Part shown: one piece after another, positions 24,675-38,024 of the stretch
Position numbering within the stretch: position 1 is the first letter of the stretch
How the letters are laid out: every line of letters begins with the position of its first letter
From: Chara braunii
Taxonomy: Eukaryota; Plantae; Charophyceae
Reading direction: 5' to 3'
Length of the DNA stretch: 64,000 bases
Assembly: GCA_003427395.1 (NCBI GenBank)
Contig: BFEA01000024.1
Coordinates: 1,094,775-1,158,774 of the forward strand
Translations under genes and position numbers: made by a program
The notes under the pieces: generated by a model
Database searches by the model: none
Told to the model about the DNA's origin: nothing
What the model saw: only the letters and a program-made list of their open reading frames with translations

Positions 24675-25400
24675 GAAGTGCGACGGAATTCATGGTACTC
24701 ACTTGATTTTAAGTTCATGATAATGTCATGTCAGTTTATGGTAATTTGCCGAAGTGCGACGGAATCCATAGTACTTAAACCATCTCGTTTGCCATCTCGT
24801 TTGCCGTGTGATTGCATCAACTATTCCATTGACATCCAATTTCTGCTTGACACAATGTCATGTCAAATACGCTCCACTCAAAATTAGTCAAAATTCATGC
24901 AGACTCTGAGGTCATTCAAAACCTTATCGTTCAATGTCTTATTACGTGCACCTTCCAGTGTCAGCGAATTTCAATGTATGACAATGATATGCCGATAATA
25001 TCTTTTAAGTAACATAAATTATCGAAGTGTGATGGAATCCATACTTAACTCTAAGGCAATCAGACGGTAAACCGTGTGATTGTCTTAAAAGTTAACTCTT
25101 CGATTGAGTTCGAATTTATGCAAGTCCACCGGTTACGTCTTTTAAGTTACATAAATTATCGAAGTGCGATGTAATCCATACTTAAACCATCTCGTTTACC
25201 GTGTGATTGCCTTCAAGTTAGTCTTCCATAAAGTGCGATGGAATCCATACTTAAACCATCTCGTTTACCGTGTTATTGCCTAAAAGTTAGTCTTGAAGTT
25301 CGATAAAGTTCCAATTTATGGATGTCAATTACCGTAACGGCTTTTAAGTTACAAAATTTAGGGAAGTGCAATGGAATCCACACTTTAACCATCATGCTCA
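24675..25400. repeat. AT-rich interspersed direct repeats downstream of the transposase
   Basis: About 6 copies of aagtgcga(c/t)ggaatccata(cttaaaccatctcgtttaccgtgtgattgc) near 24675, 24751, 25024, 25161, 25231 and 25363. Confidence 0.85.
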
Positions 25401-25589
25401 GTACATGATTGCCTTGAATCTTCAGTTCAGTTTCAATTTATGACTTGTCAATTGCAATCATCGGGTTCAATACTCGTAGCCCCAAGTTCCATTTAAGTCT
25501 AAAATATGATGATTTTAATATGAAATTTAAAGCTTGCGAGTACCAATTTAAAATACAATGTCCTATTTTAACGAATAACATGTTACCAT

Positions 25590-27700
25590 CGTCAAAGTGA
25601 GATCGTGCGGTGTTCCATTCAGAGGCAGTAGTGGAAAAGGTCGTGGAAGTAGTACATCTCCGCTGATCCAGGCGGCGAGTAGAAGAAAAATATAACCATG
25701 GGTGAAAGACCCCCCTGGAACCCCAACAAATCCAGATCCGTGAAATCGAGAAGCCGATCTCCGACTTGTGCGATGGCAATGTCGACATCTGACCGCGCGA
25801 ACCGCAAAGCACGCGGAGGCAGAAGCATGTCAGCGACTAAAGCACACGTATTGCGATGACTGCTTTTATTGGAGGGCAACGAATATCGACGGCAGACCGG
25901 AAATAGACCTGGCCACTGACACCGTCGACAACCCCAATAAACCCTATGAAGGGCAATTCACAAGGCGAGCACTTTTGGGCACCACCAGGCCGCCGCCAAT
26001 GAAAACGCACGGGGAAGTCCAAGCCGTCGAAAACGACGGCCAGATTTACGCGGAGTCTCAAAGTTCGTCGGGATCCGGACTTGGCGGGTAATGGAGTAGC
26101 AAGGAAGCGGTATTAGCGCGGTTAGTGCCATTGGAAGGGAGTGGCAGCGGGTGCACACAACTGACGCTATGTTTGGGCGCACAGAAGGAAGGCTCTGCTG
26201 GTCTCAAGTGTCCGTTGTACGATTGCACACACAGAAGAAAGGGTGGTGGTGGATGCACCGCTCGTCAAATAGACGCATCGCGACCCCAAATTGACCCCTA
26301 TGAACACCGAGTGTCATTACAATCGTCTAAGCGAGCTCGTGCGGTGTTCCATTCAGAGGTACCAGTGGAAGAGCTTGTGGAACTCGCACATCTCTGCTGC
26401 GCGGACAAGAAAAATGTACAAATGGATGCGAACCCCCCCCTGCAATTCTTTGAAACCTCGATTCGACCTGTCGACAAGGCGAACCCCGATTCGCGCGCAG
26501 GCAATGTCGACGTGTGTCACCGCGAACCGCTAAGCACGCCGAAACTCGAGCTTGACAGCGACAAGACCCCACGCATCGCGGCGGTTAAAATCCTTGGAGG
26601 GCAACGAAGATCGGCCGCAGACCGAGAACTGACCCGGCCACTGTCACCGATGTAACCCCCCATAAACCCCCATAAGGGTAATTCAGAAGGCGAGCAATTT
26701 TGCGCAGCCCCAGTTTACTAGCAAGCAAATCACTTGCGAAGGTCCAGGGCACATGCAAATGAAGGTTACATTTGCCCGGATCCTCAAAGTCCGCCGAGAT
26801 CCGAACTTGGCGGGTGCCAGTGCAACGATGAACAGTTTTTCACGCGGCCATAGTCATTGGAATGGGTGGTTAGCGGATGCACAAAGGGAGGCCATTAATG
26901 GATGCACCGAACCCCGGAACGGCTCATCAACGCCCACAACCGACCCCCACAAACCCCGATCATCTGTGCTGTCAGCACGATTTCCTGTGGCATGAAAGTT
27001 CTTTGCTGCGTGGAGAAGAACACTATGACCATGTCTGGCAGACCTCCCTGCGACCCCAACAAACCCCGATTCGTCTATTCGAGAAGACGTGCTCCGCCAC
27101 GCGCGCTACCGACGCATCGCAATGATGACTCCGCTCGGAGGGCAATGAAGACCGCCCGCAGAGCGAAAACAGACCCGGTAACAGAAAACGCCTGCGACCC
27201 CCATAAACCCCTATAAGCCAGTTCTTAACGCCAGCATTTTGCGCACCTTTTGGCCTCCGACAATCAGAACACGTCCGATAGTCCAGGATCACAAATGGGG
27301 CGAAACATGTTAATCGTTAAAAGGCGAGCTCGTGTGTTGGAAAAACCCCTCATGCACCCTCAGAAACTCCCCATTTTGTAAGTCGAGTGACAAGGCGGCA
27401 ACGCAGATAACGACCAGACCTCGAAGACCCTTATGCATCCCCCAAGAACCCCCATTCTGCAAATCGACTACGCACACATGTGAACCGGCAATGCCTACTT
27501 CTGCATTCCTGGCAACGATCGTGCGTCAACCACCGCAAATCGAAGGTGGCTCTCGCGAACGTCCACAGCAAGCGCGGTCCTCGAAGTTCGTCAGGATCCG
27601 AACTTGGAAGGAGCCCACGATTAGAAAAAAAGAAGGTTATAGGCTTCTTCAACAAACCCCACAAAACCCGACTCAGCCACCCACGTAAACGACATGCCTC
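25590..27700 (-). repeat. Right array: inverted, diverged copies of the left-array unit
   Basis: Anchor in reverse orientation at 26061, 26787 and 27584; ttggagggcaacgaagatc (~26594) is the reverse complement of gatcttcgttgccctccaa (~18272). Confidence 0.88.
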
Positions 27701-29129
27701 CCCGCAGTGTTCTCCACTGCGGTAGCTGGATTCGCGTTGTTTCTCACCACAGGCACACACCACAGAGAACATTGAAGAACATGCAAGTCGGGCCCCTAAT
27801 CAGACCCTCTGCAGATCGGACTGTCGTTGTTGTTTTTTTTCCAACGTCGCCGGTAACGACCGTGAGGCCCTGATGTTGCGGGAATGTGTTTTGAAATTTG
27901 CGCACCCTAAAACGTGGTAATCGCTGGTTGTCGGGGCCCGCCGTGGTAGAGGGCGTAAATTATCACGGCCCTGACAAAGAGGTTTTTGGCAATGACAGCA
28001 ATATTAGATGCGGTCGAATCAGGGTCTAGCGAAGGGATGGATTCGGCGGCACAAATTACTTAAAGTCCGCCCCGATCCGAACTTCGTGAAAAGGGGTACG
28101 TGGAAACTGAGGTCATCAACTTCTGCTTATATCGAGCAGCTGTGAGACAGGGGGACATGTCCGTCGCACGCACCTCCTGCCAAACCAGGAGAGCAAAGGT
28201 GCTGTGGTGCTGAGCCGAAAACCGAGAACTTGGATTCGGATCCCTGCGAACTTCGGTCCAGACTGGAGACAGGAGAGGGTTGGCGGGCCGAGTTTAGAGG
28301 GGCCGAGGTGGACTGTTTTTTATTTGGATGCGAGAAGCCAGCAACGACTGTCAGACTCTGGTGTTCTGAGAATGTACATTTCGCATAGCGACGTGTGAGC
28401 GTATGTGCATGTGTGGAAGTGGAAAATCACCCACGCTCGTCACAATCGTTGTTGGCAATGACAACACATTCGTTGGTCCTGAATCGGGGTTTTCCGAGCC
28501 GACCAATTGGACGGCACACATTACGTGAAGTTCGCCGAGATCCGAACTTCGTGAGATCAGGGTTCTCGGCAATTAAGGCTAAGTTAAACCGCTTGTCTGA
28601 AAACCGAGCAGTCACGCCACCAGGGGTGTCTTGGCAGTCGACGGGACAGGCGATGCACATTTCTTGAAATCCGCCGAGATCCGAACTTTGTCAAACCAGG
28701 GTCATCCCGATTGAGCCTGACCGCTTGTCCAAAAAGCGAGCACTCATTCCGGCACCGGTTAGGTTGCAACCCGCAAACTGTCCGAAACCGTAGTGGCAGG
28801 AAAGTTGTGTCTTGGTCTGGACAATTGCGGAGACGTGTGCATATTGCGCGCGTTCCGAATCAGTTGGCAAAGCGCAAGTCCGTCGGGATCCAAACTTCAT
28901 GTTTACGACCTCGACCTGCACAAGTAGAGATGAAGAGATCGCAGTCGTGCTAGTCCGCCGGCATCCGAACTTCATGTACTCGGGAGAAGGAACGCGTGCG
29001 AGATCGAATCCCGGCGGGCCATGACAATGCCCTCCCACAACTTCGCTCGTGAAAGGCTCGGACGCGTTACCCTGTTTGCAGCGGTTTTGTGGCGGTAATG
29101 CGAACACAACAAGACTGCTGGCCCGATTG

Positions 29130-29910
29130 TGAACTGCCGTCGATGCAGAACGAGGTTCGCGCCGTGATGCCAAGTGGACCGCAGCGAACTCATCGGGGTT
29201 GGAGGAGAACCTCTATCGGTCCACGTGGCAGACAACGGTGACAACCTCGTTCTGCATCGACGACAGTTGTATCGACCACAGTGCACAACTATAGTCGATG
29301 CGGGACGGGGTTCTCACCGTTGTCTGCCACGTGAAGCGATAGAGGTTCTCCTGCAGCCGCGTTCAGTGCTCTGCGGTCCACGTGGCGCCACGGCGCGAAC
29401 CTCGTTCTGCAACGACGACATTGCACAACTAGGCCAGCTATCTTCGCCTTCTTCTTGCATTCACCTCGACCGCAAACCACGTAGTTTGTCGCGCGCGCTA
29501 CCAGTTGTGCAATGTCGTCGATGTAGAACGAGGTTCGCGCCGTGGCGCCACGTGGACCGCAGAGCACTCAACGCGGCTGGAGGAGAACCTCTATCGGTCC
29601 ACGTGGTAGACAACGGTGAGAACCTCGTCCCACATCGACCACAGTTGTGCACTGTGGTCAATACAACTGTCCATTGCAGCACCTCAATGCGCAACTGTGG
29701 TCGATGCAGAACGAGGTTCGCGTCGTGGCGCCACATGGACCGCAGACGGCGCAGAGCACTCAACGCGGCTGGAGGAGAACCTCTATCGGTCCACGTGGCA
29801 GACAACGGTGAGAACCTCGTCCCGCATCGACCACAGTTGTGCACCGTGGTTAAGACAACTAGAGGAGAACCTCTAGCGGTCCACGTCGCAGACAACGGTG
29901 AGAACCTCAA
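29130..29910. repeat. Cluster of a ~150-bp unit: three full forward copies, one partial copy and one inverted copy
   Basis: cgaggttcgcgccgtggcgccacgtggaccgcag..ggaggagaacctctatcggtccacgtggcagacaacggtgagaacctc; reverse-complement copy at ~29290-29430. Confidence 0.9.
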
Positions 29911-30261
29911 TGCACCGACACGAATGCAGAGATGACTTCTGTGCGTTCCTGCTCGAACCCTAATGCACTGCCACCCTCCGTCGCAAGCGAATTTTGTTCG
30001 TGAAATAAGTTTGCGCGGTTGGCGTCGGTGTACCAGCTCGTCGGCGCGTGGTGGACAGTGGCGGCGACAGTCTGAGCAAGGCACAGCTCCACATCGAGTG
30101 CGATCGGCGGGAAAACGGACAAAGGCGAGGAAACACGGCGTGTTGGTTGGCGACGACCCGCAGCGTGTTCGATGGGCGGAAGATCACACGACACGTGGCG
30201 AGAGAGCGGCGCGCCGACATGCGGCAAACTACAAGCCAAGTGGCAAATTGACACACCACAG

Positions 30262-30265
<4 letters not shown>

Positions 30266-30330
<65 letters not shown>

Positions 30331-30645
30331 CNNNNNNNNNNNNNNNNNNNNNNNNNNNNNNNNNNNNNNNNNNNNNNNNNNNNNNNNNNNNNNNNNNNNN
30401 NNNNNNNNNNNNNNNNNNNNNNNNNNNNNNNNNNNNNNNNNNNNNNNNNNNNNNNNNNNNNNNNNNNNNNNNNNNNNNNNNNNNNNNNNNNNNNNNNNNN
30501 NNNNNNNNNNNNNNNNNNNNNNNNNNNNNNNNNNNNNNNNNNNNNNNNNNNNNNNNNNNNNNNNNNNNNNNNNNNNNNNNNNNNNNNNNNNNNNNNNNNN
30601 NNNNNNNNNNNNNNNNNNNNCGCAACTTCCATCGAAAGGATGAGC

Positions 30646-30731
<86 letters not shown>

Positions 30732-30734
30732 TCC

Positions 30735-30780
<46 letters not shown>
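30266..30780. repeat. (CT)n and (CA)n microsatellites flanking an N-gap
   Basis: Directly visible; gap 30332-30620. Confidence 0.95.
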
Positions 30781-30783
<3 letters not shown>

Positions 30784-31555
30784 GTGCCACACTCCCGAAA
30801 GAGCATAGGGAGTGGAGTGGTGGGACGGTCTGCGGACGCCACGGTGCCGCCGAAAGCAAGGCGACGTACCTAGGAGGGCGTTCCCCGAGGACGGGGACGG
30901 CGCGTCGCAGCTTGGGGTGAATGACGACGATGGCGCAGCGCAGCGGAGCTGTCATCAAGCAGGACTGAATTCAGGGAATGGGAGGGTGAACCGGGCTGTC
31001 CACTTGCGAGCGAGCTTTCGTGTGGCTGACTGCTGGTCAGTCTCCGGTGCGACGTTCAGCCTCCCAGTAGCCTCCCACCCTGCCGCGAAATGACCTTGCG
31101 ATGCGCAAATCGGACGGCTCGGCCAGGGCTTCCCTTGCCGTCCAGTTTGGTGCCCGGTCCAATGGTCCTCCTGCCCGTCAGCGAAAAGGCCACCCCTCCG
31201 ACCCCCCCGTCGCCTGGTGTCGTCCGGAAAGGTCTGCTTCTGATTGTCAGCAACGTCCCTCATACGCGTCGTGTCGCATGCAGGCCCTACGCGCAGACAT
31301 ACCGTGTTCATCGGTTGGGCAAATCCAACGGTGCTCGGACTCCCGCGCTTTTTCCTCCCGGTCCAATGGGTGAGAAGTTCCCGCCCCCCACCCGGGGCCA
31401 CGATTTCGATTTCGAAAAAGGTCTTCCCTTCCACGCAGAACGTCCTTCGCGTGCCTGCAAATCGAATCCAGCCCCCCAGTGCTCATTCCGCACTCTCGCA
31501 TCTCGTTAAGGAAATGCTGTTGGACTGCGCACCTGCACTCCCGCTCTCGTCAACA

Positions 31556-31655
31556 CCATCCCCAGCGCTGCGCCACGTCGTCCATCCCCAGCGCTGCGCC
31601 ACGTCGTCCATCCCCAACGCAGCGCCACGTCGTCCATCCCCAGCGCTGCGCCACG
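31556..31655. repeat. 26-bp minisatellite, about 4 copies
   Basis: ccatccccagcgctgcgccacgtcgt repeated. Confidence 0.9.
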
Positions 31656-33666
31656 CTGATTGGCGCCATCGCATTCTTCAGCGCTGCGCCTTGTCCTCTG
31701 TTGTTTGGACAGCGAACCCACGTGCAGTGGCATTGCAGATCACCTCCCGCGCCGCTCTCTGTGCAGCCCCACGTCATCTTCCGCGCTAAACAGCGACCCG
31801 CTTACGGGCTTGCCTCGCACGCGCGTTGCTCGTTCGACGCAAACCACTCGCCGCCATCCCACGAGAGTCGCGCAAGATCCATTGCGATTTTCGCGCCTTC
31901 AGTTCAGGTGCGGACGATCTGTTGCGATTCACGCGCGTTGCTCGTTCTCCAGATGACATCTTCCCCGCGGTGAGTACCTCTCCAAAGGGTGTTTGATGGA
32001 ACTCGATCCGCAGGAGTGATGCATCGTGTGTTGTACAAATATGACTGTACACGTTTCGTGTCCGCCATGCCTTGTGTGTATGTATGCTTGCGCGTGAAAA
32101 CACCTGCGGTCGTGTAAGAGGGATTCCTTGTGTGTGTATGTATGATTGCGCACGTTCGAGCGGTCTTCTGCATTTGATCCTGCCCTTATTTGCTCGCTTG
32201 TGTCCCAATTCGCGTCATATGTATGTGCTTTTTTTTGTTTCCTGCATGCTGTCCTTTCACGTGTGGAATCGTGTGAGCGTACGTAGATGTCTCAATGTGT
32301 GTGTGTGCAGAAAGTGCTGAATCTAGGCGGTTCCTCCAAGGAGCCTCGTTGACACTAGGGAATCAATGATGGAATCCATTTTCCAATTAACCATCCCATG
32401 CAACCGGTCGATTGGACGAGCCACCCTCGCATGGATAGTGTGTGCGTGTGTGTGTAGGTGCATGCGTCATCGTGCGATAGCGGCCGTGAGCGCGTGAGTA
32501 TTATGCAAGCGGTTGTTCGATCAGTCGATAGGGTCCGCAAAGATGAACAGTCGACTTAGACAAGCAATCAATCCACCGATCAACGCACCCTTGCACTGAA
32601 CAATTGACCGATTGTCGAGCAGATAATTTCCGACAATTAGATTGTGTGACTACTGGATGCCCGGTCATTATCGCAGATCTATACATGCGCGTGTATGATG
32701 GGCGCAAACGAAGCGGCATGCACCCGTCGAGCAAGTTCATTATCGGGAACGGTGAGCTCGTCAATCGACCGATAGATCGCCTGGTTGTTACAAACAACCA
32801 GTTTTCGCATCATCACCATTCACGGGTTTTCGACCAAACAAGTCATGCACCATACCAAACGTGAATAGCCGTACGCAACCGACCAACCGATGGCAACTAC
32901 ATAGCGCCGAAACAAGTAAACTGCCTGTCTCTTCTTCGTGTGTGCATGTACATGCCACGACATTGCCGCACACCACGATCCTCGACATCTAAAACAAACG
33001 GTCATTCAAAACACGACTGCGCATCTTGCCAAACAGTTCATCGAGCTCTTGCCAAATACTCATCGATCTCTTGACTGATGAACTGTTGCGTTACGTAAAC
33101 CGTTCACAGTCCATCGGATCTTGCCGAACCTCGGTCGACATCGAACCTTGTTCGACATCGAACCTTGTGCGACATCGAACCAACCTCTCTCGTAGAATGC
33201 ATCCACATCGGAATCCATCCAACCGGCCATCCCACATTGTTGAACCTGGTTCGACAGCGAACCACATCGGAACCTATCCAACCGCTCACGCAAAACGCAT
33301 GGCGCTCAAGCCCACCCACCAAGTTTTGTGGAAGTCCGTAATGATCCAAACTCGAAATGCAGCATCACGGGGTCCAATCGCACTACCATGCGTTATTGCA
33401 CGAAGTCCGCCGACATCCGAACTTCACAAATCAACCACGATTTGCATCGGACGAAGATGGGACGACGACGTGCCTGGCGGCCCTCCTTGAAGGTCGTTGG
33501 CAGTCATCCTTTCCAACCAGCATTGGAACTTCGAATGACGGCGAACTTCGGTTTTCCAGACAACCTCCCTTAGAACCTAGGTCTTCCACGTCCAGCATAG
33601 GACGGGTGAAAGAAGAATTTCGCCGGAATCTGAACTTCACGTTTTCATTGAGGCGAACGACCGAAG

Positions 33667-33990
33667 AAGTTCGCCCGCATCCGAACTTTTGTGTTTGGCG
33701 TCCTCTGCATCCAATGTTCGCTCGCCGCCAGTGGGGGCAACTGGAGAAGTCCGCCCGCATCCGAACTTCATTGATTGGCCTGCTCTGTATCCAATGCTCG
33801 AGCACCGGCTCCGGGTGTTTACTGATGAAGTCCGCCCGAATCCGAACTTCAATGATTGGCGTGCTCTGTATCCAATGCTCTAGCACCGGCTGCAGGTGCT
33901 TACTGTCGAAGTCCGCCCGAATCCGAACTTCAATGATCAGGCTATTTTGCCGCTGAGCAATTGAAGTTCGTCGGCATCCCGACTTCATGT
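33667..33990. repeat. ~81-bp tandem repeat, each unit carrying the 22-bp site; partial duplicate at ~35836-35980
   Basis: Site starts at 33667, 33747, 33828 and 33909; intervening tgctctgtatccaatgctc.agcaccggct conserved. Confidence 0.9.
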
Positions 33991-34339
33991 GTTTTATGCT
34001 CGGGTGCAGAGCAGGGCAATCGTCGACGTTCGGATGAGGAATAGGGAGGTCACTGAAGTTCGGATGCGAGCGGACTTCTCCGGACAGAAACTCTGCAACC
34101 GAAGTGCTCGTTCCTTGTCGGGTATTCGCGAAACCCGTCTGACCGCAAACGATGTGCTCAGATGGGCATATACCATCAGTGGTAGTTCAGATTGCGGACA
34201 ATGTCGTTTGATTACGGGGATTAAAGGCAGTTGCAGTAGAACATCGGCTGGAGCTGCATTCCCCTGTGCATGTGCAGCACGTGAAGGCATATGGAACCTC
34301 GTGAATATTCAGTTCGAGACTTGACGACTACGTGTTGGT

Positions 34340-35443
34340 GTGGCCATGGCAGTACCCATTCGCCAACTCTGTTTACGAGTGTCTACGTGCCCGTGTGTAT
34401 CCTTTGGTATGTGCGCGTGGTGTGTAGGGTGCGTAATGGAGGCGACCTTCTCAACACCACGGATCATGGAGTCAATGTTCTCGACACCACGGACCATGAG
34501 TCTCGAGACGCACATTCGCTTGGCGGAACCGCTTCCTCCTTGTGCGAGATCCGTGCGGTATTTCAACGGTGTCACTACGATCCACGGAGCGACCGCAGAG
34601 GACTTCGAAGAGGACCCCTGGATGACCGTCGTCCCGTGCATGGGCATGCATATTGACGGTCGGTGCGATGGCAATTGGGCCACGATGGAGAGTGACTACC
34701 CTTGGGCAGGCTAGTATAAGTTCGCCAACATGTTAGAGTTCGGGAACCTCATCCCGCTGCCTGACACTGTCCTCGGCCACAAGTTCCTGAACCGTATGCG
34801 TAGAGCACTGAGCTGCATTAGCCGCTATTTCAGTCGCCTCGAGTGCCATTACGTCAGCTCGTCGCCACGACCTTCGGGAGGCTCGCGGAAACAAGAGTTG
34901 TTGGACTGCGCTCATCACTGCGCGTTCCTGGTGCAGTACCCGCTCCGTTGCCCCGGGAATTCTTCACAAGCTCTGTCATACTGTTGTGTGCGGTTGACTG
35001 TCTCCGGATGCGATTTCGCCAGGGTTCTATGTGTCGCTACTTTGGACAAGAGTAGGAAACTCGTCGATGCAGTTGTGCTTGTGTCATGCAACGAGGTGCT
35101 AATTGAGGGGTCCAAATTCGTGTCGGCACGCGGGCCTGCTCGTGTAGATGGGTGGCGAGATTTGGTGATAGCAGGGCGGGTCCAAAACTTTTCATTGCAT
35201 CATGAGGTCGAGGAGAAAGTGTCCGATATACGGGACTGTATAGGGAATTCCTTAGCACGACCGGGAGTGTTTGTTAGGATGAAATACATGTCCGTCTTTT
35301 CGGAGAGTGCATCAGTCGACGAACCGCAGATCCACGTATACGGATCATCAATGAATGCTTTGTATGGGTTCGATTCACGACCTCGTCCCCGGGGAACCCC
35401 TAATGTCACTAGATCTGGACGGGTAGTCAGACCTTGTGTTTAA
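34340..35443 (+). pseudogene. Hypothetical cargo ORF with one in-frame stop (34712-34714)
   Basis: ORFs 34340-34714 and 34730-35443 share a frame, giving ~365 codons of non-repetitive sequence between repeat clusters; no recognisable motif. Confidence 0.4.
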
Positions 35444-36425
35444 GGGAAAAGAAGGGAGACGTGTGAGAGGCTTGTGTGCTGTCGAAAATGGCTGATTTGA
35501 AGCAGTGGACAGAGCTGTGAGAGGCAGCAGTTGCTAGTAGACGCTGCCTCGTGCACTTGTGGTGCAAATCTCTGATCGTCGTTCAGTTCAACAACCATCG
35601 ACGTACGGGTCGTGTGTCTCTGACGCCGTCTCTCTCCATGTCGCACCCTGCTGAAGTTCGGATCTCGGCGAACTTCGCGTTTCGGGCTGTGCGTTGGTTT
35701 GTCTTCGGTCTTGCTGGTGTCGGGCGGACCGCTCGCACCACCCCGCACCACAAGCACGGCCCGTGATATCTTTGCGGTTGGAGGCCACGGACCCGTCCGA
35801 TCGGCCTTCGAGTTTCGAGTGTTGGGCGGAGACCAAAACTTCAATGACTGGTGTGCTCTGTACCCAATGCTTTAGCACCGGCTGCGGGTGCGTACTGACG
35901 AAGTCCGCCCGAATCCGAACTTCAACGATCGGGCTATTTTGCCGCTGAACATTTGGAGTTCGCCGGCATCCCGACTTCGTAAGTAAGTTCAACTGCCATC
36001 CGGACTTCGTTAGTAAGTTCAACTGCCATCCGGCATGCCGGCATCCCAACTTTGTGCGATGATAACAAATTTAGCTGCCATCCGGACTTCAAATACTGGG
36101 GGGAAAGGATGACTATTGACGAGCATCCATGACTTCCGACCCGTCCACCGGCATCTGAACTTTGTTTTAGGCCTGTAGCTAGTGGTCATGTGTAGTTCGG
36201 GCCACGCAGGTGTGCTGTTTGGAGGGTGAGCATCGATGACCGCGGTTCCCGTTGTACAGGACGGCGCTGAAAGTCCGCCAGGATCCGGACTTCGCAAAAT
36301 CTGATCTCGTCAGCGGGACAGGCCTCGCGCTGCCGAACGGCTTCCCGACCACCTTCGAGGAGTGCCAAAAAGTCGGCGGTTATCTTTGCGGACTGCCAAA
36401 CGCACTCTTATGGTACCTCCGTTTG

Positions 36426-37090
36426 TGGCCTTCTTGTTGGATCTGGGTCTGTTTCGAACAGAGTTTCGCACTCCACAAACAGAACACCCCCCCGGATCCC
36501 GCAGGTTATCAGTTGCTCGAGCAGTCCTTCAAGATGCTCAATCGCAACTGGGGTCAGGTTGGTTGGCCTTCTTGTTGGATCTGGGTCTGTTTCGAGCAGA
36601 GTTTCGCACTCCACAAACAGAGCACCCACCCGGATCCCGCAGGTTATCAGTNNNNNNNNNNNNNNNNNNNNNNNNNNNNNNNNNNNNNNNNNNNNNNNNN
36701 NNNNNNNNNNNNNNNNNNNNNNNNNNNNNNNNNNNNNNNNNNNNNNNNNNNNNNNNNNNNNNNNNNNNNNNNNNNNNNNNNNNNNNNNNNNNNNNNNNNN
36801 NNNNNNNNNNNNNNNNNNNNNNNNNNNNNNNNNNNNNNNNNNNNNNNNNNNNNNNNNNNNNNNNNNNNNNNNNNNNNNNNNNNNNNNNNNNNNNNNNNNN
36901 NNNNNNNNNNNNNNNNNNNNNNNNNNNNNNNNCAACTGGGGTCAGGTTGGTTGGCCTTCTTGTTGGATCTGGGTCTGTTTCGAGCAGAGTTTTGCACTCC
37001 ACAAACAGAGCACCCCCCCGGATCCCACAGATTATCAGTTGTTTGGGCAGTCCTTCAAGATGCTCAATCGCAACTGGGGTCAACTGGGGT
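36426..37090. repeat. 138-bp tandem repeat spanning an N-gap
   Basis: tggccttcttgttggatctgggtctgtttcga at 36426, 36564 and again after the gap (~36952); copies near-identical. Confidence 0.9.
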
Positions 37091-38024
37091 CACGGAGGTA
37101 TCAGGATGAACGCAGTCGCACTCAGTATGTCGGTGATCCTTGCTCGGGTGGTCCGCACTCCTTGCGAGCCTCTCGGCTAACAAGGCACAACATGGCATGC
37201 GCAATTTGTGAAGTTCGCCGACATTCGAACTTCGTCAGTTCATTCCGTGAAATCGTTGTTCCTTCCGTGTTGATACGAGGTCCTCGAGCCCCGGCGTCTT
37301 GTGGTTGGGGATGTTGGGCATATTTCTTCAAGAACGTGCCATCGACCACTTCTCAACCGCCCCCTCTCTGCGTCCACACATCCTGAGCAATTAGGAAGTT
37401 CGCCAGTATCCGCACTTCGTTAATGTCTTCGCCAGATCGTTCTTCGTTTCGTGTCTCTTCGACCTTCTCGGTCCCCCATCGTCGTGTTCCGGAATATGGC
37501 GAGCAACAATGTGCTGGCAAGAACTTCCGAAAAGGACCCCTCTCCGTGTCAGCACATCCTGTGATACAGCGCACCGAGGAGTTGACAAAAGTTCGTCGGT
37601 ATCCGCAGTTCGCACACGGGTTCTCCATTCGTTCACTGTCCCTGTTCTGCCCCCTAGGTTCGGTCTACAAGGGCGTGCGGGTTTGGAGAGCTGTTCTCTG
37701 TTGAGAGCATTTCCTGGCGCTGTGCAGGCGAGGACGTCTGGAGGGCGTCTTCACTTCTGGCGGACGAAGTTCGCCTGTATCCGCACATGCAACATATGCG
37801 GGGCAGCAGTCTCGGACGGCACGGTCGCCTTGACCCTCTGTCTTCGACGTTCGACGGCAACGCACCTCCGCTTAGTGCCTGTTGTGTTTAGTACACGCCA
37901 CGAATTTTGTTTTTGTGTGCTGCATCATAGCTAGTCCGCCAGCATCCGAACTTCTCGTTTGTGCTGATTGTTTGTGCTTTCTGTGTGTCCCGATGCTTCT
38001 TTCGTTTGGGCTAGTGCAGACAGA

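Noticed and set aside
29907-30958. ORFs with ERERER or SLSLSL runs
   Set aside because: Translations of microsatellites and N-gaps.
33667-33990. CRISPR-like array (regularly spaced palindromic 22-mer)
   Set aside because: Intervening segments are homologous to each other, no cas genes are present and the context is eukaryotic; it is a tandem repeat.
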